A stretch of 63,877 nt of DNA, the filler included, from Limisphaerales bacterium (GTDB lineage: Bacteria; Verrucomicrobiota; Verrucomicrobiia; Limisphaerales; SIBE01): the NCBI GenBank assembly GCA_044225505.1. It is 3 parts of 3 records of this genome, joined end to end, with 100 filler letters (N's around TTAATTAATTAA, not from the genome) between each part and the next. Parts side by side here need not be neighbours in the genome. Positions count along the whole stretch, not along the records: positions 50,442 to 63,877 come from JBGAIN010000199.1; 2 more parts are not named here. One strand, written 5' to 3'. Below the pieces are notes generated by a model. That model ran no database searches and was not told the DNA's origin. It saw nothing but the letters and a program-made list of their open reading frames with translations. The position numbers and the translations under genes were made by a program. Positions 61,632 to 63,877 of the stretch are shown here, in pieces; position 1 is the stretch's first letter; every line of letters starts with the position of its first letter.

Positions 61632-62242
61632 CGAAGCCATATCGATGGGAGAGAGGGACTTTGTGGTGGCAATAGAAGTTCAGGTCTGGTGGCGGCAGCG
61701 GATGAGCGTTGTCGAGCAGGACGGAGGGCTGGGTCCTGTCGGAGGAGGATAGCGCATTTTCTGGCCTGGAAAAGTGAGACATGCACCCGTTAAGAGCCCC
61801 TCGAAGGCTCTTAATCTTCTGCTGCCGCACTTATTGTCGTGGTCCGACGAGGAGGCACGACCGCACCCGTTGCCTGCAAGGAATGACTGGCACAGAGCCG
61901 GGGTCTGGGTCGGGGTCGGTATCGGAATCGGGATCGAAGGATGGGTCTGGGATTTGGCTACAAGCGGTTGGAAGCCTACTGCAGGTCCATTGAATCAGAG
62001 GAGCAATGGGGTATTCAAGGAACGATGCCGATACCGATAGCGACCCCGACTCCGAGTGCAGCCGAAGATTGCAGCGGCGGAACGTCTGCGGCTGGTCTGA
62101 CGACACAGCCGCGGTCCTCGATTTCACCCAGTTTGGATTACACCCGACAGAGTGGCAGCGACATCAAGGAATGGAGAGCAAAGCTCCGCCGGCCGGAGCG
62201 TCTGATTCCTGCTCGGCCGCTGAATAATTGCGCACCAGGCGC
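61632..62242. repeat. Long direct repeat, copy B (right flank), overlapping the true 3' end of the ABC gene
   Basis: See copy A; this copy lacks the 139-nt segment present in A. Confidence 0.95.
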
Positions 62243-63877
62243 GCGAGCTCGCCTCCCTTGGCGATCAAGGCGGGGTAACTCCCCTGCTCCACCACGCGGC
62301 CTTGGGCGAACACGTAAATATAATCGAACATCGGCAGCAAATGGAGCTTGTGAATGGCGGCTACGACGCATCGATCCGCGAACTCGGCAAGCACGCTTTC
62401 GTAGATCATCCGCTCATTCGCCGAATCGACGCTGCTGGTCGATTCATCGAGCAGGATCAGGTCGCTCCCTTGGGCGAAAAACAAACCGCGCGCCAGGGCA
62501 AGCCGTTGCTTTTCCCCGCCGCTCAAGTTGATTCCCTTTTCCGCGATATTGGTCTGGAGCCCGCGCGGCAACCGTTCCAGGACCGAAGCGAAGCGCGATT
62601 GCCGGAGCAGCTCCATGACCTGGTCCTCGGACGCTTCGATCCCCATGGTGACGTTGAATCGAATGCTCTCCGCGAAGATCTCCGGGTCTTGCGGGATGAG
62701 GGTGGTGGTGTGGGCCACGTGCCATAACCCATGCGGCAACAGATCGCCATCGCACCGCACCTCGACTTCTTTCGGAATGCGCAAGAGCCGCAGCAAACTG
62801 AGCAGCGTCGATTTGCCGCTGCCGCTCTCCCCCACCAGCGCAATCGTTTTGCCCCGGTCCAAGTCCATGGATAAGTCGCGAAACTCCACCCCTTTGCGGT
62901 CATCGTCCTCGTGGGCGAAGCGCAACCGCCGGATTTCCAGCCGCTGCCAGTTCGCGGGCAACGTCGCATCGGCGCACGCGGAGACGATGCGATCGTAATC
63001 TTGCATGATTTGTTCGGCAGATTTCAGTTTCGACGACTGCGTGACGAGTTGGCCGTACTTCCAGGCGAACCCGAAAAAGCCGTCGCCGATGCGGCGTAAA
63101 TATTCGAAAAGGCTGAAGAAGGTGCCGGCGTGAAAGGCCTCGCCCGTCCGCACGACGCGATACAAATAGAAGACGAGCGTGCCCGAGATGACCACGCTGA
63201 CGAGCATGGAGGTGACGAACCATTTCCATTCGTTCAGCCGGATATTCGCGCGCAGGGTGGGCCAGGCCTGGCCAATCCGGCGCAGCACTTCTCCCGCGGC
63301 GCGTCCTTCCAACCGCAAGCTGATCACGGTGGTGATATTCGTCAGGTAATCATGCACCGCCGCCGCGGTCCGTTGGTAAAAGCGATTGAGCTCCTGGTCC
63401 TGCTTGAATAAGACTCGGTCAAAGAGAATGGTCACCCCGATCACCACGACGGTCATGCCCACCACGGCCGCGCCGGCCCACGGCAAAAAGAGGCAGAGAA
63501 TCGCGACGGACCCCAGAAACCGGGTCAAAATGTGAATGACTTCAAAACTGCCATCGAGAAATTCGTTCAGGGAGTTGCACGCCCGATTCACCTTATCGAT
63601 CACTTCGCCGGAATGGTTGTTCTTGTGCCAAGGCAAAGGCAACGCGGTCACCATCCGGAACAGACTCATCTGGTAGTTGGTCCGCACTCCGTAAGCCACT
63701 TCACGCTCGATGACTCGCGATGGGCCGTGCAGCAGCCAAAACATCAAGTGCAGCGACCCATAGAGGAGCACGAACCGGGTCGCCTCTCCGATCACACTGG
63801 GCAAGGAAGCGGCAGACTGCAGAAGATTCAGCAACTTCCCAATCACGATGGGCTCGGCGGAATAGACCCCCATGGCC
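62164..63877 (-). CDS. ABC transporter fused permease/ATP-binding protein (5'-partial)
   Basis: TM domain, Walker A GESGSGKS, signature LSGGEKQR, Walker B LLDE and H-loop. Confidence 0.92.
   Translation of the reverse strand, partial: AMGVYSAEPIVIGKLLNLLQSAASLPSVIGEATRFVLLYGSLHLMFWLLHGPSRVIEREVAYGVRTNYQMSLFRMVTALPLPWHKNNHSGEVIDKVNRACNSLNEFLDGSFEVIHILTRFLGSVAILCLFLPWAGAAVVGMTVVVIGVTILFDRVLFKQDQELNRFYQRTAAAVHDYLTNITTVISLRLEGRAAGEVLRRIGQAWPTLRANIRLNEWKWFVTSMLVSVVISGTLVFYLYRVVRTGEAFHAGTFFSLFEYLRRIGDGFFGFAWKYGQLVTQSSKLKSAEQIMQDYDRIVSACADATLPANWQRLEIRRLRFAHEDDDRKGVEFRDLSMDLDRGKTIALVGESGSGKSTLLSLLRLLRIPKEVEVRCDGDLLPHGLWHVAHTTTLIPQDPEIFAESIRFNVTMGIEASEDQVMELLRQSRFASVLERLPRGLQTNIAEKGINLSGGEKQRLALARGLFFAQGSDLILLDESTSSVDSANERMIYESVLAEFADRCVVAAIHKLHLLPMFDYIYVFAQGRVVEQGSYPALIAKGGELARLVRNYSAAEQESDAPAGGALLSIP

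Noticed and set aside
53363..62242. Composite transposon or prophage
   Set aside because: The flanking repeats encode no transposase and lack terminal inverted repeats, and there are no phage or integrase genes inside.

Overview
GC-rich bacterial DNA, probably Verrucomicrobiota (Pedosphaera/Limisphaera-like). This assignment is inferred from the DUF1501 and DUF1549/DUF1553 cytochrome genes, DUF1080 proteins, a prepilin H-X9-DG-type protein, an ECF/Ser-Thr kinase pair and secreted proteins ending in 'W...[FY]YR'. The window is three contigs (1-25085, 25186-50341, 50442-63877) joined by artificial 100-nt N44-TTAATTAATTAA-N44 spacers, so adjacency across those joins is meaningless. Most of it is housekeeping and carbohydrate/peptide hydrolase genes (thiD, rnd, panD, lpxD fragment, class I aminotransferase, rsmE, dnaJ, grpE, larA-family, S9 and M48 peptidases). 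The most notable structure is a ~7.5 kb integrase-less cargo block (ECF sigma, Ser/Thr kinase-WD40, Cys/His-repeat microprotein, secreted Calx-beta/delta-60 protein). It is flanked by ~0.6-0.75 kb direct repeats that duplicate the 3' end of an ABC transporter gene plus a hairpin/REP-rich downstream region, and a shared GTAAY-N14-GCTGTA candidate ECF promoter precedes two cargo genes. Other points are a four-unit Pho-box-like array before a porin, a 777-nt domain duplication with only synonymous changes, a shared candidate C-terminal sorting domain on three unrelated proteins, an ArsR operator overlapping a near-leaderless promoter, and several local lesions that may be assembly errors. No rRNA, tRNA, CRISPR array or transposase was recognised.
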